NCBI RefSeq assembly: GCF_035285525.1
Contig: NZ_JAYKGW010000042.1
Coordinates: forward strand, 30,001-62,000
Direction of reading: 5' to 3'
Source: Okeania sp.
GTDB taxonomy: Bacteria; Cyanobacteriota; Cyanobacteriia; Cyanobacteriales; Microcoleaceae
DNA length: 32,000 bases
Positions 8,694 to 17,991 of the stretch are shown here, piece after piece; positions within the stretch are counted from its first letter, which is position 1; each line of letters begins with the position of its first letter. Both the position numbers and the translations under genes were made by a program. The notes beneath the pieces were generated by a model that saw only the letters and a program-made list of their open reading frames with translations, had not been told where the DNA came from and searched no databases.

Positions 8694-9095
8694 CCACTCT
8701 ACCCTCTCTTTAAGATATTTATTTTTACATTGCCATAATCTTTGATTTAAGGACTACACTACAATCATACTAGATTTATGTTCAGTTTTGTTGCTGACCA
8801 AGTTTTTTTTTCAAGTTTTAACCAAGAAGTTTCTTCCCTTGGGATTAATTGCTTGGTAAGTTGACATAGTATTAAGATTTTATATAGCTAATCATTATTT
8901 TAGATATAGAAGTTAGTATTGCAGAATAATTAATCTATAGCAATCCTAAAAGACTAACCACAAATTTAACCAAACCAATCAAGTCGCTTAAATGTTTAGT
9001 CCAGCCCACTTTTTTAAGTAAACGTCCCGATCAGTAACAATAGGTCGTATGGGTGCGGCCAGTTCCGACCTAAGAGTGTTTGGCGTTAAACAGGT

Positions 9096-9345
9096 GACTC
9101 CTGACTTCTGACTCCTCATTTACATATTTTATGTAGAAGGGACGGAACAATGTCCAAATATTTGAGATATTTTGGAGGTTAATTAATTAGCCTACAAAAT
9201 ATCCTCCCTAATATTTTAGGAAATAAAGACAATTACTCGTTTTAAGCACATTTTTTATTTTTTATAGGGGATAAAATATCCCACTAGCTTCTCACTCATG
9301 CTTCATACCTCATCCCTCATTTCTCCTGACTTCTGACTCCTAACT
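9096..9345. repeat. about 200-nt unit flanked by GACTCCT/GACTTCT heptamer blocks
   Basis: GACTCCTGACTTCTGACTCCTCATT (9096-9120) and CTCCTGACTTCTGACTCCTAACT (9323-9345) are direct repeats. They bracket an AT-rich segment containing small palindromes. Confidence 0.6.
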
Positions 9346-9387
9346 TCCTTCGTTAAGATTGATACCAGAAGCACTTTATTAAAAAGT

Positions 9388-9654
9388 TTAAGTAACTGTG
9401 GGTGATGAATTTTTCAATCTTTGCCATAGTGAATCGTATATTCCTTTGGATACATAAGCTTTAAGTGAACGGCCTAACTTATTTTTTTGATCAGCAATTT
9501 TCAGACATTCTTCTTGCGGACAAATGTAAGCTGAACGACCTTCTCCGTGATCTAATTCAATAGTGTCAGATTTTTGGCTCCGAACAACTCGCCAAAATTC
9601 TTCTTTAGGAGCGAGTTTTTTGCAACTAACACACCGACGGTAATTTTGTTTCAT
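9388..9654 (-). CDS. ylxR: YlxR/DUF448 family RNA-binding protein
   Basis: 88 aa. It has the RRCVSCKK...FWRVV motif and a second Cys pair (YICPQEEC). It sits in the canonical position between nusA and infB. Confidence 0.85.
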   Translation of the reverse strand: MKQNYRRCVSCKKLAPKEEFWRVVRSQKSDTIELDHGEGRSAYICPQEECLKIADQKNKLGRSLKAYVSKGIYDSLWQRLKNSSPTVT

Positions 9655-9670
9655 TTCGGATGTATTTTTT

Positions 9671-9797
9671 AGTTAGGGTTTGCTGAAAAAATCTGATGGT
9701 GGAGGTAGGGAACAGGGAACACTCAACTGGGAAAAGTTTAGAGTATCTGCTACGGACAAATTTTCTGATTGTAAGTAACAAAACTCTACCATTTTGA
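9671..9797 (+). repeat. GGAACAG/CTTAACTG element, copy 2
   Basis: It starts 17 nt upstream of the ylxR start codon (gene on the minus strand). It has the same block order as 4391-4516. Confidence 0.8.
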
Positions 9798-9890
9798 AAC
9801 GACAACAACGAAAAACTAGGTACTTTTTTAGGACTTAAAAAGGCTCAAACTTTTAGTTTTCAATGATTTTATATTTATTCAGCAGACCCT

Positions 9891-10007
9891 AGTTAGGGTT
9901 TGCTGAAAAAGAGTTAAGGAACACTTAACTGGGAACAGGGAACAGCTTAGACTATTTGTTACAGCAAAATTTTTTGATAGTCAAGGTCAAAATTTTATTA
10001 TTTTGAG
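9891..10007 (+). repeat. GGAACAG/CTTAACTG element, copy 3 (tandem to copy 2)
   Basis: TTAGGGTTTGCTGAAAAAG..GGAACACTTAACTGGGAACAGGGAACAG....TTATTTTGAGA. It lies between the nusA stop and copy 2. Confidence 0.75.
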
Positions 10008-10058
10008 ACCAATAGTCAAAATTGTAAATCTTAAATCTGCTTCATTATTTCTCCCTAC

Positions 10059-11405
10059 TCATTCATTACTTTCTACTTCATCTTTTGTAGAGATATCTAG
10101 AGGATGTTCATTTTCATCTTCATCAACTTCTAAAGAATCATTTAACTCCTCAAAATTTTCCTCAATATTTTCTGTTATTTCTAACTCTGGTTCCTCAGTT
10201 TCATTTTCTTCTTGTTCTGCTAATGCTTGACGATGAGATACTTCAGCTGCAACTTTGCTATCTTCCTCAGCATGGTCATATCTATGCGTGTCCTTAATAT
10301 CAATTTTCCACCCTGTCAGACGAGCTGCCAAACGCACATTTTGGCCTTCCTTACCGATCGCTAAACTAAGTTGGTCCTCAGAAACCAAAATATGAGACCT
10401 CCTTTCCTCTGGATCGACCAAACGAACTTCATCTACCCTAGCGGGACTAAGAGAATTAGCAATATATATAGAAGGATCTGGAGACCAGCGAATTACATCT
10501 ATTTTTTCACCCCTCAATTCATTGACCACTACCTGTATTCTGGAACCCCTAGCACCAATGCAAGCTCCCACAGGGTCTACATCTCTTTCTAGAGTATCAA
10601 CTGCAATTTTAGTCCGGGGGCCAACGTGTCGGGATGGTGGATTGGCCTCTCTGGCAACTGCCACAATTCTCACTATTTCATCTTCAATTTCTGGGACTTC
10701 ATTTTCAAATAAATAAACCACTAAGGCTGCATCTGCTCTGGACACAAGTAACTGAGGCCCACGAGTTGAGCCTTCGCATACCCGCTTCAGATAAACTTTG
10801 AAAGTTGCATTAGCACGATAATTGTCGTTAGGTAATTGTTCTTTTTTTGGCAGTTCAGCTTCTACTTCTGGTCTCCCAAAACCACTACTTACTGCTAGGA
10901 TAACTGACTGTTTTTCAAATCTCAAAACTTTGGCTTGAAGAACTTCTCCTTCTAAGTCTTGAAATTCTTCTTGAATCATTTTTCGTTGTTGATCTCGTAA
11001 TTTTTGAGCTAATACTTGTTTAGTTTGTATAGCTGCCATGCGACCAAATTCATTTTTATCTGGTGTCACATCCAAGAAAACTGTATCATTTAACTGAGCT
11101 TCTGAAGCTACTTCTAGAACTTCATTCAGAGCTATATGATGATCTGGATTAGTTACTTCTTCAACAATGGTTTTAGTGGCTAATATTCGATAACCTTCTT
11201 CTTCAATATCTAACTCTACTTCAAAGTTATCAAAATAATCATCTGTGAAATTAATTCCATCTATACGTTGAGTGCGTCGGTAGCGTTCATATCCTTTTAA
11301 TAAGGCTTCTCGTAAAGCAGCTTGAACTGCGTTTTTTGGTAAATTACGTTCTTTACTAATATTTTCAATTAACCCTCTCAGTCCAGGCAAACTAACCATT
11401 GACAT
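10059..11405 (-). CDS. nusA: transcription termination/antitermination factor NusA
   Basis: 448 aa. The N-terminus is LIENISKERNLPKNAVQAALREAL, followed by S1 and two KH regions (GACIGARGSRIQ, LAIGKEGQNVRLAARLTGWKIDI). The C-terminal tail is acidic. Confidence 0.96.
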   Translation of the reverse strand: MSMVSLPGLRGLIENISKERNLPKNAVQAALREALLKGYERYRRTQRIDGINFTDDYFDNFEVELDIEEEGYRILATKTIVEEVTNPDHHIALNEVLEVASEAQLNDTVFLDVTPDKNEFGRMAAIQTKQVLAQKLRDQQRKMIQEEFQDLEGEVLQAKVLRFEKQSVILAVSSGFGRPEVEAELPKKEQLPNDNYRANATFKVYLKRVCEGSTRGPQLLVSRADAALVVYLFENEVPEIEDEIVRIVAVAREANPPSRHVGPRTKIAVDTLERDVDPVGACIGARGSRIQVVVNELRGEKIDVIRWSPDPSIYIANSLSPARVDEVRLVDPEERRSHILVSEDQLSLAIGKEGQNVRLAARLTGWKIDIKDTHRYDHAEEDSKVAAEVSHRQALAEQEENETEEPELEITENIEENFEELNDSLEVDEDENEHPLDISTKDEVESNE

Positions 11406-11445
11406 AATAATTATTTCTCCTTGAAATTTTTATAAATAAAATAAG

Positions 11446-11470
11446 TCAGCATTCAGTAGGAAATGCTTAC
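11446..11470. repeat. GCATT..AATGC hairpin motif copy
   Basis: GTCAGCATTCAGTAGGAAATGCTTAC, 41 nt upstream of the nusA start codon. It is related to 16993-17019, 23365-23406, 30889-30912 and 31395-31428. Confidence 0.55.
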
Positions 11471-11934
11471 TCAAATAATAGTTATTGAAGCGACTTGGTT
11501 TGAATTTTTGTCATATTAAATTATTAATAATTTAGGTATTCAAGCCCAGTATTTTTGTTTTTTTTGAGAGCATATATATTGAAATTTATTTCAGTTATCA
11601 GTTAAGCTGTTGTACATTTAAACCCAATATTTTTTCTGTGTCTAATTAATAAAAAAGTAAGCATTCAGTCATCAGCTAGAAGGAGGGATTAGTCTTCAAG
11701 AAGAATTAAAAGTCAGATCCGAAAAATATCATCAGCTAAGTTTAGTAAGTTATTACTTTCATGTATTTTTTGGTGCAGGATAATCCAGGAAAAGCTGTTG
11801 GCGCAGCATTCCGGAGGTGGAGCTGAATGTTAATAGTTGAATTATTACATAAAAAAACCTTTTTTAATTATGAATTATGCTTTGCTAAAACACATTTTAA
11901 ATGGGTTTTACCTGACACAAATTTTATTTATGAG

Positions 11935-12030
11935 CGGAAAATCAAGGTATAATGCCTCTCCTTTTAAGAATAAAAAAAGAATATTTTCTTATTTTAAATC
12001 CTCTGGTTAAAATCCAGAGGTAATTATCCA
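11935..12030 (-). repeat. TAAA-hairpin interspersed element, degenerate copy
   Basis: GGTATAATGCCTCTCCTTTTAAGAATAAAAAAAGAATATTT...CCTCTGGTTAAAATCCAGAGG. It is followed by an AT-only (TAAT)n run up to the rimP stop. Confidence 0.5.
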
Positions 12031-12052
12031 TTATTAATTATTAATTAATTAA

Positions 12053-12514
12053 TTAATTAATTTCTTGTAATTCAACAGTATTAATTAGAGAACGTGGAAT
12101 ACTTGTTTGTCTTCCCTTTTGGTTGATATAAACTGCTGTTTGATCGCGACGAACAAGTTGTCCTGTCCAGTTACTTTTACCTTTATAAGGTTCAGAAGTA
12201 TTGACAGTTATACTAAAGCCTTTAAAAGCAATAAAATCTCGGTCATTATCCAAAAACTTAGAAATACCAGGACTGGATATTTCTAATAAATATGGCTCCG
12301 GAATTATGTTTATTGCATCTAGTTGTTCTTCTATAGCATGACTCATTCGTTCACAGTCATCTAAACCTGTGTCTTGATGAGGGTGTCGAATGTCCAACCG
12401 TAGAACTGGTGGATGCTGATTGGTATGAAATACTGCTCCTACTAATTCTAATCCTAGGGATTCAGCAATAGGAGTAGCAAATTGGATGATTTGTGGTATT
12501 AATGGGTGACTCAT
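12053..12514 (-). CDS. rimP: ribosome maturation factor RimP
   Basis: I prefer the ATG at 12514 ([26 protein letters not shown]), which matches typical cyanobacterial RimP N-termini. The ORF track starts 10 codons earlier at a GTG (12544). It lies upstream of nusA as in the canonical operon. Confidence 0.85.
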   Translation of the reverse strand: MSHPLIPQIIQFATPIAESLGLELVGAVFHTNQHPPVLRLDIRHPHQDTGLDDCERMSHAIEEQLDAINIIPEPYLLEISSPGISKFLDNDRDFIAFKGFSITVNTSEPYKGKSNWTGQLVRRDQTAVYINQKGRQTSIPRSLINTVELQEIN

Positions 12515-12644
12515 AACAGGCGCAACAAAAAAAGTGGGCTTCACCCACTTCCCTTTGGATATATTGTAGCATTTATTGCGGAAAAAGTCTTTTTGCTATT
12601 TTTAGGGAGTAAGGAGTCATTTCGGTTATCAGTTATCAGTACCT

Positions 12645-12745
12645 CTCAAAATGGTAGAGTTTTGACTCTAACTGCGAGAAAATTTGGCCGCAGTAGATAC
12701 TCTAAACTGTTCCCAGTTCAGTGTTCCCTATTCCCTATTCCCTAA
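12645..12745 (-). repeat. GGAACAG/CTTAACTG element, copy 4 (inverted)
   Basis: TCAAAATGGTAGAGTTTTGA...CGCAGTAGATACTCTAAACTGTTCCCAGTTCAGTGTTCCCTATTCCCTATTCCCTA. Its terminal (TTCCCTA)x3 supplies the TAG stop (12742-12744) of the 478-aa membrane protein gene. Confidence 0.8.
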
Positions 12746-14178
12746 TTAGATTTATTAGCTTTAAGTTGTAATTGTCTGGTTTCTTCTAAAATTTTCTCCA
12801 CATCTTCTTCACTCATCCCCATCACATAATTAATCTTTACTTCTTCAAGAAATGCTGATATTAAAGATTGAAGTTCATCTAAAGTATTTTCTTGTTGTAA
12901 TTCTTGACTTAGTTCTTTGCTGAAGTGTTGAACTAATTCTTCAGATAATTTTGTTCCCTCTGGATCTGCCATAGCAACTTTAACTGTTTCATAAGCATTT
13001 TGGGGTCCCTCGGTGACAATATTAGATAATTCTTTGACTAATCTTTCTGATAATTGCTTGGCTAAATTTTCTACTCCTGGTATTTGCTGAAGTGTCTGAA
13101 AAGCAGGTAATTCTTCAATGATTTTTTCTACGTTATAACGAATTAGAGCTTCTATCTCTGATTTAATTTCTGGTATTACTTTACAGACTGTTATTTCTAC
13201 TAATTTATTGGTAATCGCTTCAATTTCATTAATGTTATTTAGATCAATATAAGTTCGCTGTTGAGAGGAAAATATTCGCTTGGCTAATTCACCACTTGCT
13301 ACATCTTTTTGTAGCTGATTAATTATTTGTATTATGACTACTTCTGTTAATTCTTGAGCAATGGAAGCTAGAAAACCTCGGCTAGCTTGTGCCCTGATTG
13401 TTTCTAGGTCTATAATTTGAGCATTATTGAGGCGAATAGTAACAGGAATTATCCGCGATAATTGTAGAAATGGTAATAGTAAAAAAATATCATACCAACG
13501 CCATAGCATTGCTTCTTGCCAACTAACGCTAGGATAACGGCGACTAATTAAAAATGTTCTACCTAAAAATTCTAAGCCAAAGATAATAATAAAAGGGAAG
13601 TCAATTATGCCGAAATAATCAGTTAGTCCTCCACTTTCCCCAATCCCTCGATAATAATTTTTGACAATCAATGGTTGAATTTCTTTTTCAAACCATTCAC
13701 TTTCTTTATTCCATCCATTTGCTATTAAGTATTCTGCACTCCAAAAAGTTGTAAATGATCCTTTTGCAGAATCTTCTGGATTAGGAATTTTATCTCTAAT
13801 GCGATTTTTTATTTTTTCTAAAGAACCACTTTTATTAGCAACTGCAAAAGGATTTTGATTGATCATGTCTATAGAAAGTTCTTGTAGTTCTTCTAGTTGT
13901 TTTTTTACTTCTAAAGAATCAAAACCTGTAGAAATTTTTGTTTTTAATTCTGTAAAACTATTTAGATATTTTTCTGTATCTCGATTAGGTCTAATTCCTT
14001 TGATAGGGTCGTATATTTTTGTGAGACTAGGGACATAATCAAAATAGAAATCTCGGAAAGTAATATAGCTGATATTAAATAGCACTAGGGTAAAATTTAC
14101 TAGGGCTAAAAGTGCCATTATTTTTTCCAGTATTGGTACTTTGCGATTTTTCCGGCGGATATGTCTTGTAGTTACCAT
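12742..14178 (-). CDS. conserved hypothetical membrane protein with a coiled-coil-like C-terminal half
   Basis: 478 aa with ATG start. It has several hydrophobic helices (LALVNFTLVLFNISYI, FPFIIIFGLEFLG, YDIFLLLPFL) and a long, complex, non-repeat sequence. No family recognised. Confidence 0.75.
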   Translation of the reverse strand: MVTTRHIRRKNRKVPILEKIMALLALVNFTLVLFNISYITFRDFYFDYVPSLTKIYDPIKGIRPNRDTEKYLNSFTELKTKISTGFDSLEVKKQLEELQELSIDMINQNPFAVANKSGSLEKIKNRIRDKIPNPEDSAKGSFTTFWSAEYLIANGWNKESEWFEKEIQPLIVKNYYRGIGESGGLTDYFGIIDFPFIIIFGLEFLGRTFLISRRYPSVSWQEAMLWRWYDIFLLLPFLQLSRIIPVTIRLNNAQIIDLETIRAQASRGFLASIAQELTEVVIIQIINQLQKDVASGELAKRIFSSQQRTYIDLNNINEIEAITNKLVEITVCKVIPEIKSEIEALIRYNVEKIIEELPAFQTLQQIPGVENLAKQLSERLVKELSNIVTEGPQNAYETVKVAMADPEGTKLSEELVQHFSKELSQELQQENTLDELQSLISAFLEEVKINYVMGMSEEDVEKILEETRQLQLKANKSN

Positions 14179-14190
14179 TTTTTAAATTTT

Positions 14191-14220
14191 AGGGAACAGG
14201 AAACAGGGAACAGGGAACAG
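14191..14220. repeat. heptamer tandem repeat (GGAACAG-type) x 4
   Basis: AGGGAACAGGAAACAGGGAACAGGGAACAG, 12 nt upstream of the start codon at 14178 (minus-strand gene). Confidence 0.9.
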
Positions 14221-14235
14221 TTTTTAGTTTTTCCA

Positions 14236-14335
14236 AGAAACCCGGTTTCTAAATTTCAGAGGCTTCCAGAAACCCGGTTTCTTTAAGAAACCGGGTTTCT
14301 AATAGTCCTAATAATCCTAAAGAAACCGGGTTTCT
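14236..14335. repeat. four copies of the 15-nt near-palindrome AGAAACCCGGTTTCT / AGAAACCGGGTTTCT
   Basis: Copies are at 14236-14250, 14268-14282, 14286-14300 and 14321-14335. Copies 2 and 3 are exact reverse complements separated by 3 nt. The cluster lies in the spacer between the malic-enzyme stop and the next gene's start. Confidence 0.9.
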
Positions 14336-14371
14336 AATAATCCCTTGGACTTCAGCTTTGAGCCGTGAAAT

Positions 14372-15781
14372 TTATTTGACGGCGGGATGTTTCAGTGCTA
14401 TGGTACTTTCTTGGCGAGCTGCATTAGCTACTGCACTAGCAACAACTGTAGCTACCCTTTTATCAAAAACTGAAGGAACAATATGCTCTTTGTTAAGGTC
14501 TGAGTCTTCTACTAATGAAGCGATCGCTTTAGCAGCTTCTAAATACATTGTAGAGGTGAGGGTAGTTGCCCGACAATCTAGAGCGCCCCGAAATATTCCA
14601 GGGAATGCTAAAACATTATTAATTTGATTCGGATAATCACTTCTACCAGTTGCTATAACTGCCACATCTTCTTTGACTAATTCTGGTTGTATTTCGGGAA
14701 TAGGATTAGCCATAGCAAATACTATCGGATCTTTTGCCATAGAACGTACCATTTCTGGAGTGAGAACTCCTGGTACACTAACACCTAAAAATACATCAGC
14801 TCCAACCAAAGCATCTGCTAGAGTACCTGAGGACTCAACCGCAAATTCTTGTTTTTCTCGATTTAAACCACTACGGCCTTTTGATACGATACCCTTAGAA
14901 TCGCATAACCAAATTTTATTAGTTCCTGCTTGGCGCAACAACCGAGCAACTGCTATTCCCGCAGCACCAGCACCATTAATAACTATCCTAATATTCTCTA
15001 GAGACTTTTTGACTAATTTTAAAGCATTAATTAAAGCAGCTAAACTAACTATTGCTGTGCCATGTTGGTCATCGTGAAATACGGGAATATCTAATATTTC
15101 TCTTAGTTTGGTTTCTATTTCAAAACAACGGGGAGCAGCAATATCCTCTAAGTTGACTCCTCCAAAAACAGGAGCAATATTTTTAACGGTTTCGACAATA
15201 GTATCAGTATCTTGAGTAGCTAGACAAATAGGAAAAGCATCAACTCCAGCAAATTCTTTAAATAAGAGAGCTTTACCTTCCATCACTGGTAGAGCGCCTC
15301 CAGGGCCAAGATTTCCTAACCCTAAAACTGCACTACCGTCTGTAACAATGGCTACTGTATTTTGTTTTATAGTAAGGTTATATATCTGTTCTGGGTCTTC
15401 AGCAATAGCTTTAGAAACTCGGCCTACTCCTGGAGTATAAGCCATTGATAGATCAGCTTGAGATTGGAGGGAGATTTTGCCTTGGACTGTGATTTTACCA
15501 CCATGATGTAAATTGAAAGTCCGGTCATAGAAATCGACTACTTGTATTTCTGGTAAAGCTTTAACAGCTTGAACAATTTTTTCACTATGTTCTGTACTAT
15601 AGGCATTGACTATAATTTCTCTAACTGTGGTTTGACGATTTTGTTCAAGTAGGTCAATATTGCCTATACTGCCCTCTTCTGATGCAATGGCTTGGGTAAC
15701 GCTGGCCAACATTCCGGCACGGTTAGGAATTTTGAGACGAATTACTATACTAAAAGAGGGATTTGGTGTTAGTTGTACCAT
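14372..15781 (-). CDS. NAD(P)-dependent malic enzyme with N-terminal ACT domain
   Basis: 469 aa. An ACT-like N-terminus (IVIRLKIPNRAGMLASV) is followed by malic-enzyme motifs (LSMAYTPGV, VTDGSAVLGLGNLG, FHDDQHGTAIV, INGAGAAGIA). A HIP1 site is at 14520-14527. Confidence 0.92.
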   Translation of the reverse strand: MVQLTPNPSFSIVIRLKIPNRAGMLASVTQAIASEEGSIGNIDLLEQNRQTTVREIIVNAYSTEHSEKIVQAVKALPEIQVVDFYDRTFNLHHGGKITVQGKISLQSQADLSMAYTPGVGRVSKAIAEDPEQIYNLTIKQNTVAIVTDGSAVLGLGNLGPGGALPVMEGKALLFKEFAGVDAFPICLATQDTDTIVETVKNIAPVFGGVNLEDIAAPRCFEIETKLREILDIPVFHDDQHGTAIVSLAALINALKLVKKSLENIRIVINGAGAAGIAVARLLRQAGTNKIWLCDSKGIVSKGRSGLNREKQEFAVESSGTLADALVGADVFLGVSVPGVLTPEMVRSMAKDPIVFAMANPIPEIQPELVKEDVAVIATGRSDYPNQINNVLAFPGIFRGALDCRATTLTSTMYLEAAKAIASLVEDSDLNKEHIVPSVFDKRVATVVASAVANAARQESTIALKHPAVK

Positions 15782-15892
15782 GTTAGGTTTGTTTGAGGTT
15801 TAAGTCCTAAATTTTACCAAAAAAATGGGTTGAAAGGTAAACATTTTATAATTAATAATTAACAATTAATAATTAATAATTAATAATTAATT

Positions 15893-15992
15893 AGCCAAAA
15901 ATGAGGTATAAAGCCTCCTCTTTTAAGGGCATGAAAAAATATTTAACTCAGTATTTCAAGCTTCCGAGTTTAGTCGGAGGTTCACTCTCTAC
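15893..15992 (-). repeat. TAAA-hairpin interspersed element, copy
   Basis: AGCCAAAAATGAGGTATAAAGCCTCC...CAGTATTTCAAG CTTCCGAG-TTTA-GTCGGAGG TTCACTCTCTACT. It is preceded by the AT-only block TAATTAATAATTAACAATTAATAATTA, which also precedes the copy at 22946. Confidence 0.85.
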
Positions 15993-16144
15993 TTATAACT
16001 GAAATTACCTCTTATTATTAAAGAATAGGGTTGGCTAAAAATAGTTTTTTTCTTTATGAATGGATAAGCTTTATACTTTTATTTTTCGGTAATTATTTAG
16101 GGTTTGCTGATTTATCGGGAACCGTAAAAGTCTTTTTGCATTTG

Positions 16145-16165
16145 GTAGGGAGTAGGGAGTAGGGA
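16145..16165. repeat. heptamer tandem repeat (TAGGGAG) x 3
   Basis: Direct reading. It is the same unit, in reverse complement, as the array at 24665-24692. Confidence 0.9.
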
Positions 16166-16992
16166 GTAAACCCAACCCTAAGTTAGGAGGGATGGGAGTT
16201 ATCAAGGAAAAGGAATTAGTTGTAAGAATTGTCTCTTAATTTTTCTACTCTTGGGTAAGCCTTTTCATGCTAACTTTTTTCACCTTTTTGACCTAAAAGC
16301 TGGTACTTTTTCCTGACAAATAAGTTGCTAAAAACTTTATCTGTTAATACTTTCATATTTCCATACGCAAGCCGTATTTAGCTATTAGCTATGAACTATC
16401 AGTTATGAGCTATTGCCTTGAATTTTAGATAAAAGCTTTATTAATTATTGACCTATAACAATATGGAATAATTTGTGAGAAGAAACTTTAGGGGTTTGGT
16501 TTCCAAATCTCTTGGTGTTTGGGTTTGGAGACCAAACCAGGCTAACGAATAACCATGTCCTTTGTAAATTTCCTATTGTTTATAGCCTAATTATTAATGG
16601 TTAATTCTGGATTACTACCTCTTACCTATACCCTAATTCTTAACTATGAACTTTAGTAGCGATCGCTCATAAAGATAAGAAAATTTTCAACAATAAAGTT
16701 CCAATTAAAAGTCTTTCTGGTCAGTAGGTTAAGTACAAAAAAACTAAAAAATTTTAGATATCAGAAGTATCTAAACTGAATGGAAAGATTAATCTCAATT
16801 TGTAAGTGTTCAGCTATCAGCAATAAAAACCTCAATCTTAAAGAGGAGATTTAAGCGAAATATAGACTTAAAAACTGGCTTTTGTAGATAAGATTTAATT
16901 CTGAATAATGAAACGCTATATCAAAAACTAAAAGTAATAACTGAGTTGCGCAGTTACGACCCAGAAAGGTAGCTTATATATGACGGCTTTTT

Positions 16993-17019
16993 GCGCAGCA
17001 TTACCCAGGAAATGCTTAC
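16993..17019. repeat. GCATT..AATGC hairpin motif copy
   Basis: GCGCAGCATTACCCAGGAAATGCTTAC ends on the base adjacent to the stop codon (17020-17022) of the orphan ORF. Confidence 0.6.
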
Positions 17020-17406
17020 TTATGAAAAATCTACAGGAAAAATTTTACACATCATATAACTTGGTAAAAATGTTTGATTTTCATCAACACAATCTATTAA
17101 TATTTCTGATTCATTTTCCTCTTTAAGTGGATTTACACAAATAGCAAGTTTTCCTACTCCTGGCATTAATGAAATTATTCGATTTTTGAGACTTTCAATA
17201 TCTTGCTCTAAGTCATTTGCATCTGATATTGAGGGAGTAATAATGAAAAAAGTTTTGACTCCAACTGAATCTGGGGCAAAGCCAAAACTACATTCGTTTA
17301 ATAATGATTGAGTGGAAAAATTTAAAGTTTCATAGAAGCGATTAATTAGTGCTTGATAGAAAGATTCACTTAGATAATGATCGTCGAAAGTTGGTTGAGA
17401 TAACAT
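17020..17406 (-). CDS. orphan hypothetical protein
   Basis: 128 aa from ATG 17406, which has a GAGGAAA Shine-Dalgarno-like motif 8 nt upstream. The ORF track starts at TTG 17421. It is the only long ORF in a 2.6-kb repeat-filled stretch. No family recognised. Confidence 0.45.
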   Translation of the reverse strand: MLSQPTFDDHYLSESFYQALINRFYETLNFSTQSLLNECSFGFAPDSVGVKTFFIITPSISDANDLEQDIESLKNRIISLMPGVGKLAICVNPLKEENESEILIDCVDENQTFLPSYMMCKIFPVDFS

Positions 17407-17798
17407 AATAAGTTTCCTCAAATAATATTTTTTGTATACTTGCTAATTTTAACATCCATTAAGATTATATAATTATCATTATCTGATTTTAGTTATCTAA
17501 ATCACAAAACCATAAGATAATTATTACTAATCTAATTGTCAGCAAACAGCTATTGGCACTTAGCAGTGAGTATTTAGCTTTTGAACTCAATAACTTTAAT
17601 TGTAAGCAAACAGCTATTAGAAATCAGCAGTCAGTATTTAGTTTGGGTTGTAGTAGTTACTACAGAGTTAAACTAGAGCAAACAGGAGAAAAATATCAGC
17701 AATTTGTTTGATATTTCCAGCTAAATATTATTGTTAGAGATACTGAGTAACTGTAAGTATTTAGCAGTTAGCCATTAGCTATTAGCTATTGTTTGGTT

Positions 17799-17991
17799 GT
17801 AAGCAGTTAGCAGTCAGCAGTCAGATATATATTTTATTTTAAGATAAAAGCTTTATGATACGGTTCCCGATAAATCAGCAATTTTATCTGACTACAAAAT
17901 TCAGCTTTCAAGTTTATATTCGTTTAAATATACTCCTTAAGGTTGAGGTTTTTATTACTAAAGTGCTGACAACTAATAGCTAAATGCTTAC
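17799..17991. mobile_element. GTAAGCA-TIR MITE family, full copy
   Basis: GTAAGCAGTTAGCAGTCAGCAGTCAG...TTTTAAGATAAAAGCTTTATGATA...GACTACAAAATTCAGCTTTCAAG...CTAATAGCTAAATGCTTAC, 193 nt. Confidence 0.75.

Noticed and set aside
9626-9808. The 60-aa ORF here and the 79-aa ORF at 12506-12745 share the peptide QNGRVL.LT.RKF.RSRYSKLFPV.CSLFP, which hints at a repeat-encoded small protein
   Set aside because: Both are translations of the GGAACAG/CTTAACTG repeat. The other two copies (4391-4516, 9891-10007) carry a TAG at the equivalent codon (AGA TAG, AAA TAG) plus indels, so the frame is not conserved.
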